Shown: in pieces, positions 50,747 to 60,196 of the stretch
Layout: every line of letters starts with the position of its first letter
Position numbering within the stretch: the first letter of the stretch is position 1
Assembly: GCF_963975635.1 (NCBI RefSeq)
Contig: NZ_CAXBIE010000014.1
From: an uncultured Hoeflea sp.
Lineage (GTDB): Bacteria; Pseudomonadota; Alphaproteobacteria; Rhizobiales; Rhizobiaceae
Direction: 5' to 3' (one strand)
Length of the DNA: 64,000 nt
Notes under the pieces: generated by a model
Told to the model about the DNA's origin: nothing
Seen by the model: the letters and a program-made list of their open reading frames with translations, nothing else
Databases searched by the model: none
Program-made: the position numbers and the translations under genes

Positions 50747-50833
50747 GCGGACGTGGCGAAACTGGTAGACGCAAGGGACTTAAAATCCCTCGGCCGCGAG
50801 GCTGTACGGGTTCGATTCCCGTCGTCCGCACCA
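50747..50833 (+). tRNA. tRNA-Leu(UAA)
   Basis: Acceptor stem GCGGACG/CGTCCGC, anticodon arm AGGGA-CTTAAAA-TCCCT, long variable arm, ACGGG-TTCGATT-CCCGT, encoded CCA. Confidence 0.97.
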
Positions 50834-50841
50834 TTTCGCCT

Positions 50842-50990
50842 CTAAGTTATTGATTTTACATGGGGTGAGGGGCGGATTCCTGAAAGGTGAGGGGCGTCTT
50901 TGTTCTGCACCTTTTCCATTCCGCTTTTTGCCAGTCGCGTCCGGTCAGATGTACGGGTGTAGAGCGAGGCCATTCCGCCGCCTGTCAGAT
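50842..50990 (-). pseudogene. C-terminal remnant of a tyrosine integrase
   Basis: Minus strand reads TGGGMASLYTRTSDRTRLAKSGMEKVQNK... to TAG at 50842-50844, matching the GW.G..MA.LYTR.ADR.RLA tail; similarity is lost upstream. Confidence 0.75.
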
Positions 50991-51148
50991 CACATCTGAA
51001 CCACTACAGATAGAAACGGTGCTTTCTGAGAAGAGATCGCTACAGATTGATGCTCTGAACGCCGCCACTTCGTCGGATGACCTGCGATCAATTCCGAGTA
51101 ATCGGCTTGATGCTTACGAAAATTAAAGGGCTAATGCGGCGCTTTGCG

Positions 51149-52213
51149 CTATTTCGCGTTTTTCAGATATTGCCTGTAATTATTCGCGTAAACCTTGTTA
51201 GCATAGATATGAAGAAGGCAGGCTTCGACTTCCGCGAATTCACTCTCGGCTCTTGCTTCGGGCGTCGGGAACTTCTTGAAATTCTTCAAATTCATAGCCG
51301 CTGCAATCTTCTTATTCATGATGCCTCGTGCTTCTTTCTTCGCTGCCTCAAAAAGCGGGTCTTGAGGTGATTTTGCATTAGGCCCGGCCAGCAGTTGAAC
51401 GGCTGCGATAAACGAAAACTGGGTAAAATGTTTCAGTTCATCCTTGAGTCGGGTCGGGGCATTCGCCTTTGCCTCCAGAACATCCAGATAGACCTGTTTG
51501 TCGCCACCCTTCTGGATTTCTTGATCGTAGTGCAGAAAGGTGTAAACACATTCTGCAAACCGCCTGCCGTCCTTCTCCGATTTCCTACGGACTGCGGTGT
51601 TGGGACCTTTTTTCTTTTCAATCTCGGCGGCCTTGGCGTCCTCTACTGCTTTCTTCTTTGCTCGCTCCTTCTTGCGCTTTTCTTCTGCGACCATCACGCT
51701 CTGTTCGGCAGCAGAGGCAGCACTTTGGCCTGCAGCTTCATCCATGCGTTCGTAAAGCGTTTTCGATGCGTTCTCGATATCCTTTCGGATCAGGGAGAGC
51801 AGATGTGCCCTGTCCTTGACCTGAATCTCACTGAACCCGAACCGGGTTCCGTAGACCGTGATGGAAGAACCGTCATTTTCCAGTCTGAAAGCTTGAAGAT
51901 AATAGTGTGTTTCCGAGCGTTTCAGTGCGGCAATCAGAAAGTCTTCTTGGTCGCCTGGATCAATCACCGCCTTTATGCTGCCGTCTGCTTTCCGATTGTC
52001 CTTGACGTTGTATCTAGCAATTTTCACGAGCGAACCGTCGCGCTCGAGCGTGAGGACATAATCGCCATTGGAGGACTGATAAACGGCACGATCGTCAGCA
52101 AAGACGGTGCGCATGTCAACGCTTTCAAATTCGCTAATGATTTTGTCGTCGCCGACATAACAGCCTGAGATAAGGAGAAGGCAGATTACGGAAAAAAGCT
52201 TATAGATTTTCAT
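51149..52213 (-). CDS. hypothetical lipoprotein (354 aa) with charged coiled-coil linker
   Basis: Signal MKIYKLFSVICLLLISG-C; EEKRKKERAKKKAVEDAKAAEIEKKK linker. Confidence 0.8.
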   Translation of the reverse strand: MKIYKLFSVICLLLISGCYVGDDKIISEFESVDMRTVFADDRAVYQSSNGDYVLTLERDGSLVKIARYNVKDNRKADGSIKAVIDPGDQEDFLIAALKRSETHYYLQAFRLENDGSSITVYGTRFGFSEIQVKDRAHLLSLIRKDIENASKTLYERMDEAAGQSAASAAEQSVMVAEEKRKKERAKKKAVEDAKAAEIEKKKGPNTAVRRKSEKDGRRFAECVYTFLHYDQEIQKGGDKQVYLDVLEAKANAPTRLKDELKHFTQFSFIAAVQLLAGPNAKSPQDPLFEAAKKEARGIMNKKIAAAMNLKNFKKFPTPEARAESEFAEVEACLLHIYANKVYANNYRQYLKNAK

Positions 52214-52922
52214 GTTGAAATAATCAAATTTCGTCGTTGCCTTGTCAAGGGATCAGGACAAAGGACGACCGTTGATTGCTCGGAGGAAAGGTACCTCTCA
52301 TTGGCCTTGTCTGGCATGGCAATTGGCTTTTTGGCACCTAGAGCCCGTTTGCGGCCACCGCGAATGCTCTTGTGGTGCGATTTTAGGCTATGCTCGGCGA
52401 GTGAGGGCGGCATTGGTGTGGGGAATTTGGTATTCCTGTCCCAATGTGGGGGAGGGCGCAGCGGGCTTCATATTGCGGCGCGTCTGGCTTCGTGAAAGAC
52501 ATAGCTGAGCATGTTATAGATGATATCGGACACCGACTGAGCTGTGGTGTCACCGTTGACCGCGCTCAACCGCTGATACCGTTCTACCGATCCCAGAACC
52601 TAGGCTGCCCAGGCATCATCCACTTCCTGCAAATCACACCAATTGGATTGAATCACGATTTGTCGATAAGGGAGGTTTTAATCGGGCGTCCGAACGCACC
52701 TTCGCTTGGCTGGGGAGATGCTGCAGGCTGGCCAGGGGGGCAGGGAGAAATACATCCGGCTGTTCTGCAGCATTGATCCTCATGGCCGATATCCCCATGC
52801 TCTTGCGACGATTTGTAAGGCCTTGTAATAGCAGAAAAGCTTTTGAATCAGACTCTCAGGAATGCGTGCCAAGATCGTCTAAGATTCCGCGCCAAAGTAG
52901 GTTTCAAATTTGAAACGTAGAG

Positions 52923-53645
52923 CTACTGTTTGTTGATGAGCTTTTCTCTCTCAATAGCCCCAATTTCCTTGAGAAGAGATAGCCTTTTAACCCTGTCTGC
53001 TGCCTTTTTCGTAAGTATTTTTTCTTCGCGATTACGTTTTAAAAATTTCTCAGCAGCTTCTTTTGAGTTTGGATCCGAATAGTCATAAATATTATAATCC
53101 ATAGACACGGAGATTAGGTTCGTTCCGATCATTTTCTGCATGTACAAAAAAAGTTTCCTGATATTTTCTGCTTTGTCTTTCGGATCACTTAGGGTGTTTC
53201 TGTATAGCTCCGAAATCTTCAGATTACGTGGCATCTTTCCCGTGGTTGCATCAGGACTCAGTATATATCCGGTAAATTCATTTTTTGTAATTTTGGCAAG
53301 TGTTTGGTAGTATTGGGTTCCATTTCTTGGTGATGTTGATTCAACGATATAAAAATCATCGCTTAAATGAGAAAACCTAATATTGAGTTTCTCAAATTTG
53401 AGGAAACCTTCAGACATAACTGAATTTGTCGTATCAATTAGGTATTCATTGTCGAACTTACGTATGCGAATGAAATCATAATCTTTTTCTTTTTTTCCTT
53501 TTCTACTAATTTTCGATTTTGATATGGCGATCCCATCTCCGTTCAGGGGGAATTCGGACGTTTCAATTATGCTACTCTCGCCAGTCACGCAGCCGGAGAT
53601 GACAGGTAGCGTCAAAAGCAATAAAGCCAGAATAATGCGGAACAT
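52923..53645 (-). CDS. hypothetical lipoprotein (240 aa)
   Basis: Probable start MFRIILALLLLTLPVISG-C with RBS AAGGGG (ORF track extends to 53831); basic helical C-terminus. Confidence 0.8.
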   Translation of the reverse strand: MFRIILALLLLTLPVISGCVTGESSIIETSEFPLNGDGIAISKSKISRKGKKEKDYDFIRIRKFDNEYLIDTTNSVMSEGFLKFEKLNIRFSHLSDDFYIVESTSPRNGTQYYQTLAKITKNEFTGYILSPDATTGKMPRNLKISELYRNTLSDPKDKAENIRKLFLYMQKMIGTNLISVSMDYNIYDYSDPNSKEAAEKFLKRNREEKILTKKAADRVKRLSLLKEIGAIEREKLINKQ

Positions 53646-53888
53646 CTTATGCCCCTTGGGTGTGTAATGGCTAATGGTCATCGCGTACAAGGGGTTTTGT
53701 ATTGCTGTAAGCACATTCGATTTTGCCTTATCCGCATAACACCGCTCTGCCTTGAAACAGGTGCGCCGCTTTGGATGTGTGTCTTGTTCATGCAGCTTGC
53801 CATTCCGTCGTCTCTTCATAAGTTTGCCCATAATGAAACCTGTCGATCGTCATGGAATAGTTCGACTTGGATAGCCTGCACATAACAT

Positions 53889-55250
53889 TCAATTACCTTC
53901 AGCAGCGTTTCTATCCGGAGACCTGAGGAGACAATTGAAAATGTTTTCGTATTTTCCTAATGTCATCCCCGGTACAAATGAGCCGCTTTTTTCGGCTTTA
54001 TTAAACTGGGCGAATTGGACTTCGACATTTGGGAATACAACCTTGTTTCCCTTGTTAATCTCATTAAATGCAAAGCATACGGTCCCTGTTTGAGCTGATG
54101 AATCATAATCATTTATGCAAAGCTGCTGAGACTTGATGGCAAAAAATCCTTGATTGACCATCTCAGAGGACCATTTGATTAAAAGATATGGCTTGTCATC
54201 ATAGAAGTCGTAATTCATCGTCTTTGTCAGATATCGATGAAATTTTGAATTCCTTATTTTTGCTTCCTCTATCGGATGGTCAAGTTTGTCGAGCAACTGG
54301 TTTATGCCGTTGGATCCGTCCGGATTAGCGTTTCTTATGCTCTCTCGAACTTCGGTAGAGCTTGGAATCCAACTTTTTCTGTCAATGACGGTGATGATCC
54401 CAGCGCCATGACCGGATTTGTCTGGGCTGCCAAACAAAATCACCAGATTCTGCACGTCGCTATCGGGTTGGCACAAGCCGAAGACGTTCCATTCGAGGCT
54501 TTTGCTGAAAGCCTGACGCGCTTGTTCTTGTTCAGATGTGAGCTCGGATCGGATTTCTTTAAAGACATCGCTTTCATTCATGGATGAAAGTCGCTGACGT
54601 TCTAGAGCCGCCGCCGTGCGCTCTTGCTGCTCACGCTCCGCATCTAGCCGCTTTTTTTCTCTCTCGCGCCTACGGCGCTCGTTCTGACGCTTTATCTCCG
54701 CTTCTTGGGCGGCTAGCTCTTCCTTGGTCGGTTGGACGCCTACGAGCGGGAGGGCATCTTTTGGAATCTCACCTGTCAGATTCATTGTGAAGTGTGTGTT
54801 GTAGCCACCGTAGATGTTCACCGATGCCGGCACCAGGACATATCCCGCCGAGCAGGAGCGATCATTCTGCTGCCGGGCCCGGTAGCTAAAGTCGCTGAGA
54901 TCGGCCGATACACAGAACTCTGACCGAAGGCCGTATTTATAGCCCCTTTGAATGTCGATCTTTAGAGGAACAAAGCCGTTGCCTCTGCGGACCGCAACGA
55001 GAATATGCTTGGTCCAGCCCTGCGAGACCCGAGTATCGTAGCAACTTTTAAAGAGGTTTCTGGTGCCTAGGGCTGTCCATCCAGCTGTGGGATAGCCGCC
55101 CCCGGTCAAAATTCCGTCTTCCGTGCGTACAGCTATATAGAGTGTTTCGTTCGACTCATTACATAGTGAAATATCAGTCTCATAAGGAGAGGCTTTCGCG
55201 GCGAGAGGACATAAGACAAACAGAAAGCACAAAAAACGCAGCATGCCCAA
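53889..55250 (-). CDS. exported protein with DUF1036-like N-terminal domain, coiled coil and unknown C-terminal domain
   Basis: Sec signal (AKA cleavage), LCNES..TLYIAV...GWTAL...C pattern, ERRRREREKKRLDAEREQQER coil. Confidence 0.75.
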   Translation of the reverse strand: MGMLRFLCFLFVLCPLAAKASPYETDISLCNESNETLYIAVRTEDGILTGGGYPTAGWTALGTRNLFKSCYDTRVSQGWTKHILVAVRRGNGFVPLKIDIQRGYKYGLRSEFCVSADLSDFSYRARQQNDRSCSAGYVLVPASVNIYGGYNTHFTMNLTGEIPKDALPLVGVQPTKEELAAQEAEIKRQNERRRREREKKRLDAEREQQERTAAALERQRLSSMNESDVFKEIRSELTSEQEQARQAFSKSLEWNVFGLCQPDSDVQNLVILFGSPDKSGHGAGIITVIDRKSWIPSSTEVRESIRNANPDGSNGINQLLDKLDHPIEEAKIRNSKFHRYLTKTMNYDFYDDKPYLLIKWSSEMVNQGFFAIKSQQLCINDYDSSAQTGTVCFAFNEINKGNKVVFPNVEVQFAQFNKAEKSGSFVPGMTLGKYENIFNCLLRSPDRNAAEGN

Positions 55251-55784
55251 AATCCTTTGACTTAATCACCCGTTGCCGCACAAATTTCGTAAAATAGGTG
55301 GAAATTATCCCTCGGTGTTTTGTCATACAAACCGGCGCACCTCCCGGTAAGATCGCGGGCAACGCATTTCAACTCGCATGCTGACGCCAATTCAGTCAAT
55401 GCCATGTCGCGTTTGAGTTTGAAGAAATCTCGACCATATAAAGTGTAACTGATGGCCTGAGACCCGTCTCTCCTCTTGCTATTCGGAGAATTGGTTAGAT
55501 TGCTGAGTTGCTACCCGATTTTGGATCGCCCGGCTGCAAATTCTCCGGGGTTAATGTTCAGGCCGACCGAGTGACGCCAAAGCGGTTCGTCTTGGATTTA
55601 GCCTGCTCGGAGGATCAGTTTGGTAAATCGGTGAGGGGCTCGTTCCGAGTTGATCAATGAAATCAACAGGCTTTTTCAGTAGGTGAGGGGTGTCAAGTTG
55701 TTGTAATCTTTGGCTTTTGCAACACCCGTCGTCCGCACCATCCCTGTCAAGCAATGCTCAACAGGCGCGGACCTGAGCCGTGGT

Positions 55785-57287
55785 TCAGCTGTTGATCTTG
55801 AAGCCGATGCGCAGGCCGCCCCAGTGGCGTCCGTTGATGATGATCGGGGCAGAAAGATCTTTCATCAGGCTGAACTTGCCGCCGCCCATGTCGCGCCGGT
55901 AGGTTTGTAGCAGGAATGGCTTCTGGTTGCGCCCGGCGGAGAGCCCGGTGCGGTCATTGAAGATCCGCCGGTTGCGGCAATTTCCGGCATTCCAGACCGG
56001 ATCGTCACTCTGCGGCTGGGAATAGATGTGGTTGTGCGTGGGCAGATAGCCGTTGCGGTCGATCGCCGCGCAGAAGGTGACGCGCGGATCGAAATCCAGC
56101 ATGGCCTCCTGAATGGGCGGCAGCAGACGGTCGGTGTGTTTGGTGAACCGTGTCATGTGCTGCTGCGGATTGGTACCGGCGATCGGCTGATAGGCCTCGT
56201 CAAACAGATCCGACAGCGACAATGCTCCCGAGGCGACCGCCTGTTCGAATATCGCGCCGACTTCCTGCGCCTTTGCGATGCAGTGGCGGATGAGGGGGGT
56301 GTCCTCGGTTTCGATCCCGCTCTGGGCAACTTCGCCGATCACGTTTTCGGAGAAGGAGACCAGATGGTCGATCTTGGAACTGGCGGCGGTCAGCATCTCG
56401 GCGCTGGTGTGAACCTGCTTGTCGAGATCGGACACCTTGGCGAGGACTGTCGAGCAGGCTCTTGTGGTTTCCTCGACCGGATCGCTGATCCGTTCGATCT
56501 CGCTGATCATGCCGGCCACGGTCTGGCTGAAGCCGGTGAATTTCTGCAGTTCTTCGTCAATTTCTGTGGACCGCTGGTGCGCTGCGGTCGCCACCGTCTC
56601 GTTCTCGACGTTCTGCTTCTGCAGCTTGTCGACGATGGTGCGCAGAGCATCAAGCCGCGAGACGATGTCGCGCGACACGGTGCTCGTCTTGTCCGCCAAT
56701 TGCTTGACGGCATCGGCAACAACCGCAAAGCCGCGGCCGGATTCACCCGCATGGGCCGCCATGATGCCGGCATTGACGGCCAGCAGCTGGGTCTGAGTGG
56801 CAATGCCTTGAATCGATTGGGAAAACGAGTGGATATCCTTGATCTGACCAGAGACGGAATCAAGAACGCCGGTGATTTCGGTGGCGCTGGTTGCCATCGA
56901 CTTGATGTCGGAGACCGCGTTGCCGAGAATGCCGTGAACGCTCTGGGTTGTGGCGTCGAGCCCGGCCTTGGTGGATTTGGCCGATTCGATGGCCCCGCGG
57001 GAGGCATCCGCGACCGTCTGGTTGGAGCGCGCAATCATCGAAATGTCACGGGTCAGGGCGTGAAACTCTTCGGCCTGCCTTGACATTGAACTGGAGACGT
57101 CGCCGACCATCCCGCTGGTATCGGCGATGTTGACCGACAATTCGCCGACCTGCGAGCCGATGACGTTCATGGCTCTTTCGAGCCGTGCGCGGTCCTCATC
57201 GGAACCTGTCAGATCACGCAGATCGTCGGATCCGTCAGGTCGATGGTCGTCCGTTTCATCAGCAAAAGATACCTGCAAAGCGTGCAT
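55785..57287 (-). CDS. soluble methyl-accepting chemotaxis protein with C-terminal Cache-like domain
   Basis: No TM; [30 protein letters not shown] core; C-terminal [10 protein letters not shown]...NRRIFND...WGGLRIGF. Confidence 0.9.
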   Translation of the reverse strand: MHALQVSFADETDDHRPDGSDDLRDLTGSDEDRARLERAMNVIGSQVGELSVNIADTSGMVGDVSSSMSRQAEEFHALTRDISMIARSNQTVADASRGAIESAKSTKAGLDATTQSVHGILGNAVSDIKSMATSATEITGVLDSVSGQIKDIHSFSQSIQGIATQTQLLAVNAGIMAAHAGESGRGFAVVADAVKQLADKTSTVSRDIVSRLDALRTIVDKLQKQNVENETVATAAHQRSTEIDEELQKFTGFSQTVAGMISEIERISDPVEETTRACSTVLAKVSDLDKQVHTSAEMLTAASSKIDHLVSFSENVIGEVAQSGIETEDTPLIRHCIAKAQEVGAIFEQAVASGALSLSDLFDEAYQPIAGTNPQQHMTRFTKHTDRLLPPIQEAMLDFDPRVTFCAAIDRNGYLPTHNHIYSQPQSDDPVWNAGNCRNRRIFNDRTGLSAGRNQKPFLLQTYRRDMGGGKFSLMKDLSAPIIINGRHWGGLRIGFKINS

Positions 57288-57326
57288 CGGCTATTCTCCC
57301 CACAGCAAGGGAGATAAGCAGGTTTT

Positions 57327-57343
57327 GGTTAATCGTTTGATAA
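57327..57343 (-). promoter_or_regulatory. possible CtrA box upstream of the soluble MCP
   Basis: Minus strand TTAT-CAAACGA-TTAACC versus consensus TTAA-N7-TTAAC. Confidence 0.45.
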
Positions 57344-57372
57344 TTTAGCGATGTTCGAATTGCCGGCTGCGG

Positions 57373-58827
57373 TTAGGCGCGCCAGAAAGCAGGCAGCAAC
57401 AAGACCAGAACCACCAATATTTCCAGACGCCCAAGCAACATCAGAAAGACAAGGATGAACTTTGCCGGATCGCCAAGCGAACTGAAGTTGCCTGCCGGCC
57501 CGATGATGGGGCCGATACCCGGTCCGACATTGGCCAGCGCAGTAATGGAGCCGGATATAGCCGTTTCGATATCAAGTCCTGTCGCGGCCAGGGCAACGGA
57601 TCCCAGAGCCCAGATGCCGATATAGGCGCAGACGAAGAGCACCACAGTGCGCTGCATGTCAGGATCAACCGCGACGGAGCCGTAACGTACCGGGCGAACG
57701 CTGTTGGGATAGATCAGCCGCATCAGGCCGGAGCGGATGGAACTGGAGATAATGACAAGACGATAGGCCTTGATGCCGCCGGAGGTCGAGCCCGAACATC
57801 CGCCAAGAAATGTCGCCATGAACAGGATGGCAACACTGAGCGGCCCCCACAACGTGTAGTCGGCGCTGGCGTAACCGGTCGTCGTGACCACAGAGACGAC
57901 GTTGAAAGCCGCGTGGGTGAGAGCCATGCCAAAGCCCTCGCCATTGGACAGACGCAGGCTCAGCGCAATCAGGATTGTGAGGATCAGCAAAATTCCGGCA
58001 TAGGCAAAGATCTGCGGGTCCCGCAATGCATCCCAGCGTCCGCGCACCACAAACAGGATGAGCACGGAAAAGGGCAGACCGGCTATGGTCATGAATACGG
58101 TCGCGGTCCAGACCAGGGCAGGGGACTGGAAAGCTCCGAAGGAGGCGTCATGGGTCGAAAATCCTCCGGTCGCCATGGTGGTCATCGCATGGTTGACGGC
58201 ATCAAAGGCGTTCATCCCCAAAACCATGTAGAGAATGGCGCAGACGGCGGTCAGACCGATATAGATGGCGAAAAAGGCGCGCACGAACAGCGCAAAGCGC
58301 TCGAATGGTTTCTCTGACGTGTCGGAGGATTCCATCTTGAAAACAGTGAAGCCGCCGACCTTGAGGTATGGCAGCACAAGAAGCCCCAGAGCGACGATGC
58401 CGATTCCGCCGATCCATTGCAGCAGCGATCGCCACAGCAGCAGTCCGGGAGGCGCCGTGTCCAGTCCCGAGATGACGGTGGCGCCGGTGGTGGTTACGGC
58501 GGATACGGACTCGAACAGGGCGTCGGCCATGTCGAGCCCGAGAGATGCGAGGTAAAACGGAATGGCGCCGGTGACAGAAAGCGTGATCCACAGCAGATTG
58601 ACGACAAGAAAGCCCAGACGTCTGGAAAACGGTGCGTTGATGCCGCGATTGGCGGCGGCTGCAGCGAGGCAGATTGCTCCGACCACAAAGGACGAGACGG
58701 CAAAAACCTGCCAGTCGGGGTTGCCGAAATAGAAATCGACAATCGCGGGCGCCAGCATGGCCACCGAGATATAGAGGCCGGCGATTGACGCGATGAACAC
58801 CGCGGAACGGATAGTATGACCGTGCAC
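57373..58827 (-). CDS. trkH: TrkH-family potassium uptake protein
   Basis: Four pore loops (SAVTTTG, MATGGF, VTTTGY, LANVGPG), LQWIGGIG, MLLGRLE; GTG start chosen (ORF track 58989). Confidence 0.95.
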   Translation of the reverse strand: MHGHTIRSAVFIASIAGLYISVAMLAPAIVDFYFGNPDWQVFAVSSFVVGAICLAAAAANRGINAPFSRRLGFLVVNLLWITLSVTGAIPFYLASLGLDMADALFESVSAVTTTGATVISGLDTAPPGLLLWRSLLQWIGGIGIVALGLLVLPYLKVGGFTVFKMESSDTSEKPFERFALFVRAFFAIYIGLTAVCAILYMVLGMNAFDAVNHAMTTMATGGFSTHDASFGAFQSPALVWTATVFMTIAGLPFSVLILFVVRGRWDALRDPQIFAYAGILLILTILIALSLRLSNGEGFGMALTHAAFNVVSVVTTTGYASADYTLWGPLSVAILFMATFLGGCSGSTSGGIKAYRLVIISSSIRSGLMRLIYPNSVRPVRYGSVAVDPDMQRTVVLFVCAYIGIWALGSVALAATGLDIETAISGSITALANVGPGIGPIIGPAGNFSSLGDPAKFILVFLMLLGRLEILVVLVLLLPAFWRA

Positions 58828-58891
58828 CCCATGCCCTCTCGAAAGCCGCATCTGGTTGGCAACCGGCAGCTTCCCGTGGCATAGACCCGTC

Positions 58892-60166
58892 ATGACCAAA
58901 AAACAATCTCCCGATGACTTTCGCCGCTCAGTCGACAGCGCCCTTGCCGAGATGCGAGAGCTGTTCCCGGCAACGCCGTTGCAGCTCAACGATCATCTGT
59001 CGGCCCGGTTTGGGGCGCGGATCTGGCTCAAGCGCGAAGATCTGTCACCGGTCCGGTCGTACAAGATCCGCGGCGCATTCAATTTCATCCGCAAGGCATT
59101 GCTGGAAAATCCGCAACAGAACCTGTTCGTGTGTGCGTCCGCCGGCAATCATGCCCAGGGTTTTGCCTATGTCTGCCGGCATTTCGGGCGCAAGGGCGTT
59201 GTTTTCATGCCGGTCACCACGCCGCAGCAGAAAATCGACAAGACGCGGGTTTTCGGTGGCGAGTTCATCGAGATCCGTTTGACGGGCGATTTTTTCGATG
59301 CCTGCTACGATGCCGCGCGGGAGTTCGCACTGACTGAAGGCGCATTGATGGCGCCGCCGTTTGACCATGACGACATCATTGAAGGGCAAGCCAGTGTTGG
59401 CGCCGAAATCGCCGCGCAGTTGCCGGAAGGCGAGGTCCCGGATCTTGTCGTTCTGCCTGTTGGCGGCGGCGGGCTGTCAGCCGGAACGGCGCGCTACTTC
59501 GAAGGCCGGATTGATTCGGACCGCTTTCTGCTGGTCGAACCGGCAGGCGCGCCGAGCCTGAAGGAGAGCCTGACCGCGGGACACAGGGTCAAGCTGCGCA
59601 AGATTGACAATTTCGTCGATGGGGCCGCGGTCGCGGAAATCGGCGAACGCAATTTCGAGATTCTGAGCCGCTTCCGGCCAGATCAGGTGTTGACTGTGCC
59701 TGAAAACGCCATCTGTCTGACCATGACCAAGATCCTCAACACCGAGGGAATCGTGCTTGAGCCGGCCGGCGCCTTGTCGATCTCGGCGCTGGAGGCGCTC
59801 GGCCCCGAGCAACTTGCCGGCAAGAGTGTCGTCGCGGTGGTCTCAGGCGGCAATTTCGATTTCGAGCGGTTGCCCGACGTCAAGGAAAGGGCGATGCGTT
59901 ATGCCGGGACCAAGAAATACTTCATCCTGCGTTTGCCGCAGCGCCCCGGGGCGCTCAAGGACCTGCTCAATCTGCTCGGTCCTGAGGATGACATCTCGCG
60001 GTTCGAATATCTCAAGAAATCGGCGCGGAACTTCGGTTCGATCCTGATCGGGATCGAGACCCGGTCACCGGAAAATTTTGCACGGCTGATTGAAGCCTTT
60101 GATCAGGCGGGCCTGAGTTACCAGGACATCACCGACAACGAGATCATCTCCAATCTGATCATCTGA
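58892..60166 (+). CDS. ilvA: threonine ammonia-lyase, short form with one ACT domain
   Basis: KREDLSPVRSYKIRGA, CASAGNHAQG, PVGGGGL, EPAGALS, SGGNFDFERL, FILRLPQRPGAL. Confidence 0.96.
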   Translation: MTKKQSPDDFRRSVDSALAEMRELFPATPLQLNDHLSARFGARIWLKREDLSPVRSYKIRGAFNFIRKALLENPQQNLFVCASAGNHAQGFAYVCRHFGRKGVVFMPVTTPQQKIDKTRVFGGEFIEIRLTGDFFDACYDAAREFALTEGALMAPPFDHDDIIEGQASVGAEIAAQLPEGEVPDLVVLPVGGGGLSAGTARYFEGRIDSDRFLLVEPAGAPSLKESLTAGHRVKLRKIDNFVDGAAVAEIGERNFEILSRFRPDQVLTVPENAICLTMTKILNTEGIVLEPAGALSISALEALGPEQLAGKSVVAVVSGGNFDFERLPDVKERAMRYAGTKKYFILRLPQRPGALKDLLNLLGPEDDISRFEYLKKSARNFGSILIGIETRSPENFARLIEAFDQAGLSYQDITDNEIISNLII

Positions 60167-60196
60167 TCGATTGGGGCCGCGCGACCGGACATCGCA

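Larger units (their letters stand above)
50818..55741. mobile_element. decayed integrative islet at the tRNA-Leu 3' end
   Basis: 17-bp direct repeats CCCGTCGTCCGCACCAT at 50818-50834 and 55725-55741; AT-richer interior; integrase remnant, arm repeats and IHF site. Confidence 0.88.

Noticed and set aside
52444-52776. Plus-strand 110-aa ORF, and the antisense frame containing DIIYNMLSYVF (faintly McrC-like)
   Set aside because: The antisense frame has two in-frame stops and the resemblance is about 10 residues; it needs BLASTx before any call.
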